From Amoebophrya sp. A120 (lineage: Eukaryota; Protista; Dinoflagellata): a DNA stretch of 64,000 nt. The stretch lies in the NCBI GenBank assembly GCA_905178155.1, contig CAJINV010000004.1:8767190-8831189 (forward strand), written 5' to 3'. Position numbers and translations under genes: made by a program. This document shows, piece by piece, positions 21,565 through 35,036 of this stretch; positions within the stretch are counted from its first letter, which is position 1; each line of letters opens with the position of its first letter. The notes under the pieces are model-generated. The model ran no database searches and had not been told where the DNA came from. It saw only the letters and a list, made by a program, of their open reading frames with translations.

Positions 21565-24085
21565 GACTCACAATTGAGTGAGCAGTCGCATTTGGAGAAG
21601 GTGTTGTGAGCCTACGCACGAGTGCGGTTTTTGTGGGCACTTGGTGTGAGCGGAATGCTTGATGTGGGTGATATGAGTGGTACTCCAGGTCCAGTTCTGT
21701 TTGTTACGGACGGCGTTTCTGTCATTTTGTCTATAGCAAGCGCAACGCGTCGTTTGCGTCTTATTGAGAATGGTCGCGTTTTTCGGCTGCCACGCCCGCC
21801 CGGCTTCGACGAGGAGCGAAGACGAATCCTCCAGGGCTTCATTTTCCGAGCCTTCCGAAGAGCTCCGAGAAGAAGCGGAGCATCCCAGGAACACAAACTG
21901 GACGCGCAGTGGGCCGACTCGAAAGTAAACGATGCCATAACCGGCATCGTGCGAGAACTGGCGGCGCTTGGTGTTTGGACTGGTGCTTTACATCGTCGCC
22001 GCGGCCGATCTCCTCCCCCGGATTGGACTCTGTACTTGGCCGCCTTCGCCCTGGCCTTGCCCCCAACCGGGCCAAGCAATCTTGGGGCGGCTTCCGCGTG
22101 CGCCACGGGCACAGCGCGCCCACGCCCTCGGGCCCCATCGCCCGTTAAGCAGGAGGGGCCCCCGTGCCGCTGCCTCGTCGTGCTGGGCCCCCCGCGCCGG
22201 CCGGGCGCAGCGCTGCTCCCGCCTGAAGGAGCTAGGGCCGCGCGCCTGGTCTCCCCGGCGCTAAAGGCCATGCGCTCGGGCCCGCAGAGCGTGCGGGCAT
22301 CATCGTCGCGCGGGCGGGCTACGTGCGGCCTCCCCGTGCCGTTGTGGCTCTCCGATGCGGGCTTCCAAGTTCTTCCCGTGCGCTTTCTGCTGTGCGTGGT
22401 GCAAATCAATTGCTACTGCCCCTCCAAGTCCGAAAAAAGCCGTTAGAAGCTCAGGGGCGTTCAGCTACAATGGTGCAGGCGTGCAGTGCCCTGCTCCAGC
22501 GTGAGAGGCGGGGTCACAGGTTTCCGGATCTGATATGAGGGTGAGGGCTGGAAGCGAGTTGTGACGCTCGTTGCAACGCATGGTGCCGAGCGAGAGCTTC
22601 TGTGCGAGTGAGCTGAAGATCAAATGTGAAGCTCACAGCTGAGTGAGCAGTCCCATTTGAGAAGGTGTATTTGTGAGGCAACATACGAGTGCGGTTTTTT
22701 TGGGCACTTGGTGTGGGCGGAATGCTTGATGTGAGTGTTACGAGTGGTACTAGAATTACAGTTCCTTCTTGGTATGGACGATTTCCGCGACGTTTCTGAT
22801 GTTGTGTCTATAGCAAGCGCAACGCGCCGATTGCGCCTTTTTGAGAATGGCCGCTCTTCGTCGGCCACACCCGCCCGGCTCCGACGAGGAGCGAAGAGGA
22901 ATCCTCCAGGACTTCACCTTCCGAGCCCCCCGAAGAGCCCCCGAGAAGAAGCGGAGCAGGTGGCTTCCGAGCTCGGGCGGCGGGAAAGGGCTAAATCTAC
23001 TGCTGCAGCGGGCGCCGTCCGACGTGCGTTCAGGTCATACCACAATGAAAAGCGCCCCGCCCCCAGTGGTCCCAATTCGTATTATTATGGCGAAGCCTGC
23101 GCGTGTTTTCCTTGCATGAAAAGGCTCGGGCCGCTGCTACTTCATATGCGGGGTTTTGAGAAAACCGAAGCAGCTTTCACTAAACAAGCTCCATGTCATT
23201 TGCGGGACCTTTTTGCAGCACCGATTTTGCTGGCGATTCTGCATCGCAAATTTACGTTCGTTGCAATTCCGAGGTAGGGGGGTTTTTCAATGTGATAGGC
23301 CTGGACCTTCGGAAACGACGAAAACTTTCGCCGGGCGGAATAGTTTAGATGTCGCCGACCCCCGCGACAGGGTGATCCGTGGCAGAGAGTTATTCATCCG
23401 GACGCAGGTGGTGCGGAGGGGGGCGCGGTGGCACACGGCCCGGCATCCGGACAAAGAGGCGCGCGCGAAGGTATTCGAATCGACGCGGCTCCTAGTAGTA
23501 TCTGCTGACGGCCCCAAGCAGCCGCGGGGCCTCGCTCGTGTACACCATCAAGAGCGCAGCGCGCCCGCGCCTCGCGGCGCAGGGGGCGGCCTCCGTGCGG
23601 CTGCCTCTCCGTTCTGGGCCGTTCTGGGCCCCGCGTGCGGCCGGGCGCAGCACTGCCCCGCCCCGCCTGAAGGCGCTACGCCCGCGCGCCAGGTCCCGCT
23701 CCGTGCGGGAGGCCACGCGCCCGGGCCCGCAGCGCGTGCGAGAACCATTCGCGCGCGGGCGGGCTGCGTGCGGCCGTGCCGTTGTGGGTCTCCGATGCGG
23801 GCGTTCGCGTTCGTTCCGTGCGTTTGCAGCTATCTGTCGTACAAATTAATTACTACTGTCCCTCCGAGTCCGAAGAAGGCTCGCAAAAGCTCGTCATGGG
23901 CGTTCAGCTACAATGGCGCGGGCGTGCAGTGCTCTGTTCCAGTTTGAGAGGCGTTGCAGGTTCCGGAGCCGAGGTGAGAGTGAGGGCTGGAAGCGAGTTG
24001 TGATGCTGGTTGAAATGGATGGCGCCAAGCGGGAGCTGCTGCGCGTGCAATGAAGGGCGGATTTAGTGTGCGAGTGAGCTGCGGA
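21565..24085. repeat. Degenerate tandem duplication of a ~1.1-1.45 kb unit
   Basis: ~21565-21880 resembles ~22630-22960 (GAGTGCGGTTTTT.GGGCACTTGGTGTG.GCGGAATGCTTGATGTG), and ~22070-22620 resembles ~23510-24085 (GGCGTTCAGCTACAATGG, GAGGGCTGGAAGCGAGTTGTGA). Confidence 0.8.
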
Positions 24086-24374
24086 GACGCCGCCCCGGGT
24101 GGTAGTTTCCCACCTAGCATAAGGCATTCCAGCGGCGCCGGAGCAGCGGGCGGGGCCCTCGAGGGCCTCCACTTTGTCCCAGCCGCGCGACCGCGCAGGG
24201 CGGAGGCCGTCGCCCGCCGGGGACTTAGCGTCGCCCGCCAGGCAGAAAAAGTGGCCGGCCCCGGCGCGGGGCTTATGGGGCGGTTTTCTGGGTTTCGAAA
24301 CATTGCCCCGCACCCGAGAAAGCCGGCCGCGGTGTCAGGCGGTGGGGCGGCCCCCCGGGCGTCGGCAGATTGCC

Positions 24375-24770
24375 CCCGCCGGCTTCTGATTTTGGGGGCG
24401 CTTTTCTGCGCCTCGGAAAACTGCCCTCCCGCCGGGGGAAGCGTCGCCCGCCGGCCCGAAAAAGTGGCCGGCGCCGGCTTCTGATTTTGGAGGCGCCTTT
24501 CTGCGCCTCGGAAAACTGCCCTCCCGCCGGGGGAAGCGTCGCCCGCCGGCCCGAAAAAGTGGCCGGCGCCGGCTTCTGATATCGGGGGCGCTTTTCTGCG
24601 CCTCGGAAAACTGTCCTCCCGCCGGGGGAAGCGTCTCCTGCCGGTCCGAAAAAGTGGCCGGCGCTGGCTTCTGGTTTTGGGGGCGCTTTTCTGCGCCTCG
24701 GAAAACTGCCCTCCCGCCGGGGGAAGCGTCGGCCGCTGGCCCAGAAAAGTGGGTGGCCGGCGCCGGCTTT
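24375..24770. repeat. ~95-bp GC-rich tandem repeat, about 4 copies
   Basis: GGCTTCTGATTTTGGGGGCGCTTTTCTGCGCCTCGGAAAACTGCCCTCCCGCCGGGGGAAGCGTC recurs at ~24381, 24476, 24571 and 24666. Confidence 0.92.
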
Positions 24771-25004
24771 CGGGTGGCAGCTGGGGAAAACCGCCTCCGG
24801 GCGAAATTGGTTCCAGCAAAGTGCTCTGCCTCCAACGTGCTGGAGCAGGCCCTTTCGGCGCGCAGCTGATGAAGAAATCGCCTTCGGGCGAAATTGTTTC
24901 CAGCAAGGTATTCTGCCTCCACGTGTATCACTACTGATAGCGACTACTTATTTTGTTGAACTCATGCGCCGAGAAATAGCTGATCCTGATTTTGATTCTG
25001 AATT

Positions 25005-28000
25005 GAGGCTAAATAAAAATGAAGTTTTGAAATTTCGTGGATGCTGTTTTCAAAGGGTTTAGGGAACAACTCGAGGTTTCGGGCAGCGGACGGCAGGCAC
25101 CACTTTGAAGCAGTTTTTTCGGCTTCGGGGATTCGTACTCAGTTCCCGTTTCGACTCGGAAATTGCGTGAAAGCCCGGCTCTTCCAGAAGACCGCGCTTT
25201 TTGCAGGGTTTTCGGGCTTCGCGGATTCGTACTTACGCCGCGTTTCGTGTAGAATAACAATAAGGTGCGAAAAACTGGGATCTCTAGGACGCACCTCTTC
25301 CGAGCCCTTTTTTCGGCTTCGGGAATTCGTACTCAGGTCGTGTTTCGGGTAGAGTAAGATGCGGAAAACTGGGCTCTCCGCGAAGCACATCTCAGAGACA
25401 CTTTTTACGGCTTCGGGGATTCGTGCTCGCGCCGTGCTTTGAACAGAAAAGGGTGCGCAAAACTGGGGCCTCTGCCAGACGTCGCTCGCGAGGTGGTTTT
25501 TCATGTGAGCAAAGGCGCAGCAGTGTGCAGCACTACAGATCATAGTTGCTATTATTTCGAACTCATCAGGAACACAGCCTTCGTTTTTGAATTGAAGCCT
25601 CATAAAAATAAAATTTTGAAATTTCGCGGATGCTGCTTCAAAAGGATTTGCCTTTGGGCAATTCGCGGCTGCACCACTTTGAAGCAGTTTTTGTGGCTTC
25701 GGGGATTCGTACTCACGCCGTGTTTCGCGCAACGAAGAAGTGCGAAAACTGAACGTTTGGCGCGAGCCGCTTCTCGCCGGTTTTTTCGTCTTTGGGAATT
25801 CGTACTCAGGTCGTGTTTTGGCTCGGAAATTTCGTGGAAGAGCAGCTCTTCCAAAAGACCGCGCTTTTTGCAGGGTTTTTTGGGGCTTCGCGGATTCGTA
25901 TCCACGCCGTGTTTCGTGTAGAATAAGGTGCGAAAAACTGGGATCTCTGCGACTCACGTGTTCCGCGCCGTTTTTTCGGCTTCGGGAATCGGTACTCAGG
26001 TCGTGTTTCGGGCGCAAGAAAGGCTCTGAAAACTGGGACCTTGGGGGAGAACTGCTCTCGGGCAGTGCTTTTGGCCTTTGGGGATTCGTACTCACGCCGT
26101 GTTTCGGCTAGACTAAGATGCGGAAAACTGGGCTCTCCGCGAAGCACATCTCAGAGACACTTTTTGCGGCTTCGGGGATTCGTACTCAGGTCGTGTCTCG
26201 CGCAACGAAACAGTGCGGAAACTGAACGTCTGGCGCGAGCCGCTTCTCGCCGGTTTTTTCGGCTTCGGGAATTCGTACTCCGGTCGCGTTTCGAGTAGAA
26301 AAAATGCGCGGAAAGCCGGGCCCTTCAGAAGGTCACGCTTTTTGAAGGGTCTTTGCGCTTCGGGGATTCGTACTCAGCTCGTGGCCCGCGCAACGAAGAA
26401 GCACGAATGCTGAACTTCTGGTGCCCGCCGCGTCGCGCCGGTTTTTTCGGCTTCGGGAATCGGTACTCAGGTCGTGTTTTGACTCGGAAATTGTGGGGAA
26501 GGGCGGCTCTTCCAGAAGACCACGCTTTTTTGCAGGGTTTTGGGGCTTCGGGGATTCGTACTCACGCCGGGCGTCGGGTGTACGGACGCGCGGGAAGTTG
26601 GGATCTCCGGAAGGCACCTTTCCTAGACCGTTTTTTCGGCTTCGGGAATTTGTACTCAGGTCCTGTTTCGGGCGCAAGAAGGGCTCTGGAAGCTGGGACC
26701 TTCCAGAGGCACGGCTCTCGGGCAGTGCTTTTGGGCTTCGGAGATTCGTACTCAGGTTGTGTTTTGAACAGAAAAGCGTGTGCAAAGCTGGCACCCCCGC
26801 CAGACGTCGCTCGCGAGGTGGTTTCTCATAGGAGCAAAGGCGCAGCCGTGTGTGACACTACAGATAGTTGCTATTGTTTCGAACACATCAGAAAAAAAGC
26901 CTTCGTATTTGAATTGAGGCCGCATAAAAATAAAATTTTGAAATTTCGTGGATGGTGCTTCAAAAGGATTTGCCTTTGGACAATTCGAGGCTGCACCACT
27001 TTGAAGCAGTTTTTGCGGCTTCGGGAATTCGTACTCAGGTCGTGGCTCGCGCAACCAAGCAGTGCGAAAACTAAACTTCTGGCGCTCGCCCCGTCGCGCC
27101 GGTTTTTTCGGCTTCGGGAATTGGTACTCAGGTCGTGTTTTGACTCGGAAATGGCGCGAAAGCCCGGCTCTTCCAGAAGACCACGCTTTTTGCAGGGGTT
27201 TTTGGGCTTCGCGGATTCGTACCTAGGCCGCGTTTCGCGTAGAATAAGGTGCGAAAAGCTGGGATCTCTGGGACGCACCTCTTCCGAGCCCTTTTTCCGG
27301 CTTTGGAGATTCGTACTCAGGTCGTGTTTCGGCTAGAGTAAGATGCGGAAAACTAGGCTCTCCGCAAAGCACCTCTCAGAGCCACTTTTTTCGGCTTCGG
27401 GGATTTGTGCTCACGCCGTGCTTTGAACAGAAAAGCGTGTGCAAAACTGGCGCCTCTTTCAGGCGTCGCTCGCGAGGTGGTTTTTCATATGAGCAAAGGT
27501 GCAGCAGTGTGTATCACCCCAGATAGTTGCCTTCATTTCGAAGTCATCAGGAAAACAGCCTTCGTTTACGTTTTTGAATTGAAGCCAGACAAAAATAAAA
27601 TTTTGAAATTTCGCGGATGCTGCTTCAAAAGGATTTACCTTTGGACAATTCGAGGCTGCACCACTTTGAAGCAGTTTTTGCGGTCTCGGGGATTCGTACT
27701 CAGGTCGTGTTTCGCGCAACCAAACAGTGCGAAAATTGAACGTTTAGCGCGAGCCGCTTCTCGCCGGTTTTTTCGGCTTTGGGAATCGGTACTCAGGTCG
27801 TGTTTTGACTCGGAAATTGCGTGAAAGCCCGGCTCTTCCAGAAGACCACGCTTTTTGCAGGATTTTTGGCCTTCGCGGATTCGTACCCACGCCGTGTTTC
27901 GTGTAGACTAAGGTGCGAAAAACTGGGATCTCTGCGACTCACGTGTTCCGCGCCGTTTTTTCGGCTTCGGGAATTTGTACTCACGCCGTGTTTCGGGTAG

Positions 28001-30985
28001 AAAAATTCACGGCGGACAGCCGGCTCCTTCAGAAGGCCACGCTTTTGGAAGGATCTTTTGGCTTCGGGGATTCGTACTCAGGTCGTGTTTTGAACAGAAA
28101 AGCGCGTGCAAAGCTGGGGCCTCTGCCAGACGTCGGTCGCGAGGTCGTTTTTCATATGAGCAAAGCTGCAGCAGTGTGTATCACCACAGATAGTTGCTAG
28201 GTATTATTTCGAAGTCATCAGGAAAGCAGCCTTCGTTTGTGAGTCGAAGCCTCATAAAAATAAAATTTTGACATTTCGCGGATGCTGCTGTAACAGGATT
28301 CACCTTTGGAAAATTCGAGGCTGCACCACTTTGAGGCAGCTTGGCGGCTTCGGGAATTCGTGCTCAGGTCGCGGTTCGCGCAACGAAGAGATGCGAAAAC
28401 TGAACGTTTGGCGCGAGCCGCTTCTCGCCGGTGTTTTCGGCTTCGGGGATTCGTACTCAGTTCGTGTTTTGACTCGGAAACTGGGTGAAAACCCGGCTCT
28501 TCCAAAAGACCGCGCTTTCTGTGGGGTTTTTGGGCTTCGCGGATTCGTACCCACGCCGCGTTTCGCGTAGAATAAGGTACGAAAAACTGGGATCTCTGGG
28601 ACGCACCTCTTCCGAGCCGTTTTTGCGGCTTCGGGAATTCGTACTCAGGTCGCATTTCGGGCGCAAAAAGGGGTCTGAAAATTGGGATCTTGGGGAGGAA
28701 CTGCTCTCGGGCAGTGCTTTTGGGCGTCGGGGATTCGTACTCCGGTCGTGCTTTGAACAGAAAAGGGTGCGCAAGGCTGGGACCTCTTTCAGGCGTCGCT
28801 CGTGAGGTGGTTTCTCATAGGAGCAAAGGCGCAGCAATGTGTGACACTACAGATAGTTGCTATTGTTTCGAACACATCAGAAAAAAAGCCTTCGTATTTG
28901 AATTGAGGCCGCATAAAAATAAAATTTTGAAATTTCGCGGATGGTGCTTCAAAAGGATTTGCCTTTGGACAATTCGAGGCTGCACCACTTTGAGGCAGTT
29001 TTTGCGGCTTCGGGGATTCGTACTCAGGTCTTGTTTCGCGCAACCAAACAGTGCGAAAACTAAACTTCTGGCGCTCGCCGCGTCGCGCCGGTTTTTTCGG
29101 CTTCGGGAATCGGTACTCAGTTCGTGTTTTGATTCGGAAACTGCGTGAAAACCCGGGTCTTCCAGAAGACCAGGCTTTTTGCAAGGTTTTTGGGCTTCGC
29201 GGATTCGTACCTACGCCGCGTTTCGCGTAGAATAAGGTGCGAAAAACTGGGATCTCTGGGAAGCACCCCTTCCGCGCCCTTTTTCCGGCTTCGGAGATTC
29301 GTACTCAGGTCGTGTTTCGGGCGCAAGAAAGGCTCTGAAAACTGGGACTTTGGGGGAGAACTGCTCTCGGGCAGTGCTTTTGGCCTTTGGGGATTCGTAC
29401 TCACGCCGTGTTTCGGCTAGACTAAGATGCGGAAAACTGGGCTCTCCGCGAAGCACATCTCAGAGACACTTTTTGCGGCTTCGGGGATTCGTACTCAGGT
29501 CGTGCTTTGAACAGAAAAGCGTGTGCAAAGCTGGGACCTCTTTCAGGCGTCGCTCGTGAGGTGGTTTCTCATATGAGCAAAGGCGCAGCAGTGTGTATCA
29601 CTACAGATAGTTGCCTTCATTTCGAAGTCATCAGGAAAACAGCCTTCGTTTTTGAATTGAGGCCACATAAAAATAAAATTTTGAAATTTCGCGGATGCTG
29701 CTTCAAAAGAATTTACCTTTGAAAAATTCGAGGTTGCGCCACTTTGAGGCAGTTTTTGAGGCTTCGGGAATTCGTACTGAGGTCGTGTTTTGGCTCGGAA
29801 ATTGCGTGAAAGCCCGGCTCTTCCAAAAGACCGCGCTTTTTGCACGGGTTTTTGGGCTTCGCGGATTCGTACCTTCCTCGCGTTTCGTGTATACCAAGGT
29901 GCGAAAAACTGGGATCTCTGGGACGCACCTCTTCCGAGCCCTTTTTTCGGCTTCGGGAATTGGTACTCAGGTCGTGTTTCGGGCGCAAAAAGGGCTCCGA
30001 AAACTTGGACCTTGGGGAAGAACCGCTCTCGGGCAGTGCTTTTGGCCTTTGGGGATTCGTACTCACGCCGTGTTTCGGGCAGACTAAGATGCGGAAAGCT
30101 GGGCTCCCCGCGAAGCACCTCTCAGAGCCGCTTTTTGCGGCTTCGGGGATTTGTACTCAGGTCATGTTTTGAACAGAAAAGGGTGCGCAAAGCTGGGACC
30201 TCTGCCAGACGTCGCTCGCGAGGTGGTTTTTCATATGAGCAAAGCTGCAGCAGTGTGTATCACTACAGATAGTTGCTATCATTTCGAAGTCATCAGGACA
30301 AGAGCCTTCGTATTTGAATTAAGGCCACATAAAAATAAAATTTTGAAATTTCGCGGATGCTGCTCTTTAAAAGGATTTGCCTTTGGAAAATTCGAGGTTG
30401 CACCACTGTGAGGCAGTTTTTGCGGCTTCGGGGATTCGTACTCACGCCGTGCTTCGCGCAACGAAGAAGCGCGAAAACTGAACTTCTGGCGCTCGCCGCG
30501 TCGCGCCGGTTTTTTCGGCTTCGGGAATCGGTACTCAGGTCGTGTTTTGACTCGGAAATTGCGTGAAAGCCCGGCTCTTCCAAAAGACCGCGCTTTTTGC
30601 AGGGGTTTTTGGGCTTCGCGGATTCGTACCCACGCCGCGTTTCGCGTAGAATAAGGTGCGGAAAACTGGGATCTCTGGGACGCACCTCTTCCGAGACCTT
30701 TTTTCGGCTTCGGAAATTCGTACTCAGGTCGTGTTTCGGGCGCAAGAAGGGCTCGGAAAATTGGGACCTTCGGGAAGAACTGCTCTCGGGCAGTGTCTTT
30801 GGGCTTCGAAGATTCCTGCTCGCATTGTGTTTCGGGTAGACTAAGGTGCGGGAAGTTGGGGTCTCCGCAAAGCACCTCTCAGGGACACTTTTTTCGGCCT
30901 CGGGGATTCGTACTCAGGTCGTGTTTCGCGCAACGAAGAAGTGCGAAAACTGAACGTTTGGCGCGAGCCGCTTCTCGCCGGGTGC
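25005..30985. repeat. Higher-order satellite: ~94-bp modules sharing GGCTTCGGGRATTCGTACTCAGGTCGTGTTT, full unit ~755 bp
   Basis: Roughly 48 occurrences of the core. AAAATAAAATTTTGAAATTTCG recurs at ~25010, 25605, 26927, 27592, 28257, 28916, 29670 and 30332. Confidence 0.95.
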
Positions 30986-31019
30986 GAAAGCTGAACGCTC
31001 TGGTGCGAAAACTGAACGT

Positions 31020-31200
31020 TTGCCGCCATTTTGGGGACCGCGAATTTGCCCGGCAGGCACGCTATGCTGGCCTCGGAAGTGGCCAAAAAGCTGCCCCCCG
31101 CGGGCAGCCATTTTGGGGGCCGCGAATTTGTCCGGCAGGCACGCTATGCTGGCCTCGGGGGGGGCCAAAAAGTCGCCCCCCGCTAGCAGCCATTTTGGGG
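31020..31200. repeat. ~82-bp tandem repeat running into the assembly gap
   Basis: GCCATTTTGGGG.CCGCGAATTTG.CCGGCAGGCACGCTATGCTGGCCTCGG twice, plus the start of a third copy. Confidence 0.85.
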
Positions 31201-31300
31201 NNNNNNNNNNNNNNNNNNNNNNNNNNNNNNNNNNNNNNNNNNNNNNNNNNNNNNNNNNNNNNNNNNNNNNNNNNNNNNNNNNNNNNNNNNNNNNNNNNNN
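31201..31300. other. Assembly gap (100 N)
   Basis: Run of N. Confidence 1.
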
Positions 31301-32320
31301 CCCCGCATGGACGTCTGGCTTTTGGGGCGGCAGAAAGTGACGTCGTCTTGGATAGCAGCTTTTGGCCTTTCGGGAAACCGCGGCCCCGCATGGAAATCTG
31401 GCTTTTGGAGCGGCAAAAAGTGATGTCTTAGATAGCTGCTTTTGGCCTTTCGGGAAACCGCGGCCCCGCATGGCAGTCTGGCTTTTGGGGCGGCAAAAAA
31501 AGGTGTCGCCGATAGCAGCTGTTGGCCTTTCGGGAAACCGCGGCCCCGCATGGTAATCTGGCTTTTGGGGCGGCAAAAAGTGATGTCTTGGATAGCAGCC
31601 TTTGGCCTTTTGGGAAACCGCGGCCCCGCATGGGAGTCTGGCTTTTGGAGCGGCAAAAAGTGATGTCTTGGGTAGCGGCTTTTGGCCTTTCGGGAAACCG
31701 CGGCCCCGCATGGAAATCTGGCTTTTGACGCGGCAAAAGACGGCGTTTCAGATGGTGGCTTTCGGCTGCTCGGGAAGAGCGGCCTCGCCTGGAAATCTGG
31801 CCTCCGTCGTGGTGGGAAAAAGATGGGCTGAGGGTAGCGCTTTTTGGCCTTTCGGAAAACCACGGCCTCGCGTGGAAATCTGGCTTTTGGCGCGGCAAAG
31901 ACGACGTCGCTCATAGCAGCTTTCAGCCTTTCGGGAAATTGCGGCTTCGCAGGGAGCTCCGGCACCGGCCTCGGGTGAGAAAAAGATGGGCTGGGGTGAG
32001 AAGCTATTCGCATTTCGGGAAACCACGGCCTCGCAGGGAAACCTGGCTTTTGGCGCGGCAAAAGCCGGCGTCTCAGATAGTAGTTTGCGGCCTTTCATCG
32101 GGAAATTGCGGCCTCGCGGGGAAATCTTGCCTCCGCGGCGGGAACAAGATGGGCCGGGGGGAGCACCTTTTGGCATTTCGGGAAATCGCGGCCTCGCATC
32201 GAAGCCTGGCTCTTGAAGCGGCAGCGCCGATATCGCGCGTAGCAGCTTTTGGAATTGGAAAGTCACCTGGAAACTGCGGCCCCGCTTTTGGCATGCAAAG
32301 GCCCCGCTTTTGGCATTTCA
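31301..32320. repeat. ~80-bp tandem repeat decaying rightwards
   Basis: TTTGGCCTTTCGGGAAACCGCGGCCCCGCATGG...TCTGGCTTTTGG at ~80-bp spacing from 31361 to 31730, degenerate beyond. Confidence 0.92.
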
Positions 32321-34252
32321 TCTGAATTTGTGGCCTCGCACTTAAGTCCGAGCTTGCGACCACAGGAAAAAAGCGATGGTCAACGGTAAGGCTCCTTGGT
32401 CTTCAGGGGCGAACAATATACTGGATGAACAAGCCGTGCCAGCACTCTGGCTACAGATGCAGAAACAGCTAGATACGCGTGAAAAATTCGTGCGAACATA
32501 GTGGCGTCACACGTTAGTACGTAGCCGATGCGGGAACCAGTAAAGATAAAATCTAGAAATAGTTTCGTTTTGGCCCCCGCGGATTGGTCTGTCCTCTGCG
32601 GCCAGAGGGCGCAACCCCGTGTTTTTTTGTGTGCAAAAATCGAGTCTTCGCCGCGCCCAGCCGCTTTTGAGGCGAAGAATGACACCGGCCAGCATGCTGT
32701 GCTGCAGCGTCGTTCGCACGAAATTTTCTTTTTCGAAAACTGGAGGCACGAATTCCTCCCGGATGCGCTTTATTTGGCTTGCCTACGACGTCTAAATATG
32801 ATTTTCATTGGACCAGATACAGAGGTAACTCGTTGAAGTCTGGGCAAGATCTCTCCTTCTAGACGGAAGCTCTGAACGTGCGAACAGACCGCCACCTCGT
32901 GCGGGTTAGATGATGATGATGATGATCAAATTTGTTGCGGTCGCGTCGCAGTGTCGACGAATGTCTACCGTAGCGCTTGCGTTTTGGGTCGTCACAAGGA
33001 GTTGTGATATCAGATCAGTACCGATCGTCGACGCACCAGGAGCAAGCATTACTCGTACATGAGATCGTGCGTACGTGAGAACAGAGCATACAAGTGTTAC
33101 ATGTATGTATATGAAAGAGATCGCGTTATTGATGTTCTTCTTTGTGATGTTGATGCAGACCGCATGCACATGGATGGGATCATCGGGGTCGGCATTGGGC
33201 ACGTACACGTAGCGTTCTGTCAATGACTCTGTTGTAGTTTCGTTTCGTGAGAGGCATAACAAAAGTCGCCGCCAGCATCGCAAAAGCTCGCCTTTTATAT
33301 CGGGTTGTAAGTATTCATCACAAAAAATCAATAAAGCGAGTGCAAAATGGTTGTGAGTACTGGCCAAATTATCGTCGTCTAGGCGTCGAGGCGAGCTTGC
33401 ATCTGCGTATTAATCTATGGTTAGAACAAAGGGAAAGGCCTCGGTCCTCGGCAGGCGTTGATCTTGCGCAAACCGCTACTCGGTAGACGTGCCTCGTTCG
33501 GGGCGAAGAGAAATTTGATGTGGACAAGAGACCATTTGTAACAGATTTAGGGCGATTGAATCTTTTTTTCTGTAAAGAGAAGGAACAAAAAACGGAAAAA
33601 CACAACAACCCTTCAAAAAAATTTCTTCTTGAAAATAATTCCTGAATTAACCACTGCCCCCCGTAGTTCGGCTGCCAGTAGGTTGCGCTCGGCGGATCCC
33701 ACGCTGCTCGGGAACACCTGCAAATTGCCGGAGAGCTGACATTGTCTTCGACACGGGGGCAGGTGACTGAAGGCAACGCTGCGTAGTCATCTACTTCCTG
33801 CACCAGAACTTACTGCAAGCGAGCCGTGGGAGAAGAAGCGGTACTGATCCAAACGTGCAGGAGCACTTGCTTGTAGAAACAACGGCCAGGTGCAGCGCGT
33901 GCTCGACAGCACACGGCAGGGAGTGTTAATCACTGGGTTTCGGCCACACCAGAAGGACGAGCAGGTCGGAGGAGTGTCGTAGGTGCAGCGCAAACCACAA
34001 CAGAAACAGAAACAACAATCTTCTACAGCAAGGAAAAAGCCCTTCTACAGCAGGGCTTCTCCAGTTCTTTCGTAGCTGTCGGCAACCTCATCTGCTTTTG
34101 GAGCAGAATGAATGGAACCGAAGAAAAACCTACACCAAGAAGCCCCGGGAAGCGGAAAAGCGTCGATGGAGAGAATTCTCCCTCGATCCGCCGGTCACGC
34201 CGCAAGTCGGAAGATGATAATCCCGGCTTCCACCACTGTACCCCCACTTCTC

Positions 34253-34518
34253 TATCAAATGCTAGTAATATGTCCAGGGTTGGAAGGATGCAAACTTGTC
34301 ATTCTCTCGTGACAAGAGTGAAAAATCTGTCATGCGTGTCGCGTTACGGCGACTTGCTGCTGTCATGCAAAAATGCGATTTGTCATGCCATGCGGTTTGC
34401 CCAAGAGAGACGTAGTTGTGAAGGAACCCTCCTGCAGAGCGTGCTATAGGACTCTGCGTGTCATCTAGACAAAATTGGCATGCTAAGTATTCAGACCTAG
34501 ACATTTTCGCAATGCATA
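34253..34518. mobile_element. TIR introner, family A (diverged)
   Basis: TATCAAATGC..TGTCCAGGGTTGGAA ... TTCAGACCTAGACATTTTCGCAATGCATA; flanks TTCTC/TTCTG. Confidence 0.8.
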
Positions 34519-34649
34519 TTCTGCTCAGGAAAAAGTACCCAGTTTCAGCGTCGCTGATCATCAGCAGCAGCAGGCGACTTCGGAGCCCCCGAACGGGCCG
34601 AAAGAGAAAGTGCATGTGGACCATCTACCAGCTAGAACTAAAGCTCCGC

Positions 34650-34911
34650 TATCAAGTGCAAATATGTCCGGATCTGGAAGATAATTGCAAGGTTACTCTC
34701 TCCTGCAGGATTCGCATGACCCAGAAGGTTTGGAATACATGCTCTAGCATTTTTAAACGCTTTGAGAAGGCTCCTTGATCTCTAATTTGCATGACAAACG
34801 CTGTTTTCGGATAACCAAAATTATTTGGCACCGTATTTGCTAGTCATGCAGTAAAGATTTTTGTGTCAACCAGCATGACACTTCCAGACCCGGACATATT
34901 TGCACTGGATA
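34650..34911. mobile_element. TIR element, family A, with no detectable direct repeat
   Basis: TATCAAGTGCAAATATGTCCGGATCTGGAAG ... CTTCCAGACCCGGACATATTTGCACTGGATA; flanks TCCGC/GAGTC. Confidence 0.82.
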
Positions 34912-35036
34912 GAGTCAGCATTCCCAAATAGAAAGTGGCTCTCCCGACGGAAAATGCCGCAGAGACAGCTTGTCCAACGCTGGAGCAGCAGGCAAATGGT
35001 CGGAAGCGGAGATTATAGGACAGGAGGCGGAGGCTC

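Noticed and set aside
21600-24950. Long Arg/Pro/Ala-rich ORFs of 260-330 aa
   Set aside because: GC-rich repeat DNA with ORFs on both strands and no motifs; frames are not conserved between duplicated units.
25005-30985. CRISPR array, or coding ORFs in the satellite
   Set aside because: The apparent spacers recur many times in a fixed order, and the ORFs are overlapping repeat translations on both strands.
31100-31200. Dinoflagellate spliced-leader relic (AGCCATTTTGG)
   Set aside because: Only ~11 bp match the leader, flanks disagree (no CCGT before, no CTCAAG after), and it lies in a tandem repeat.
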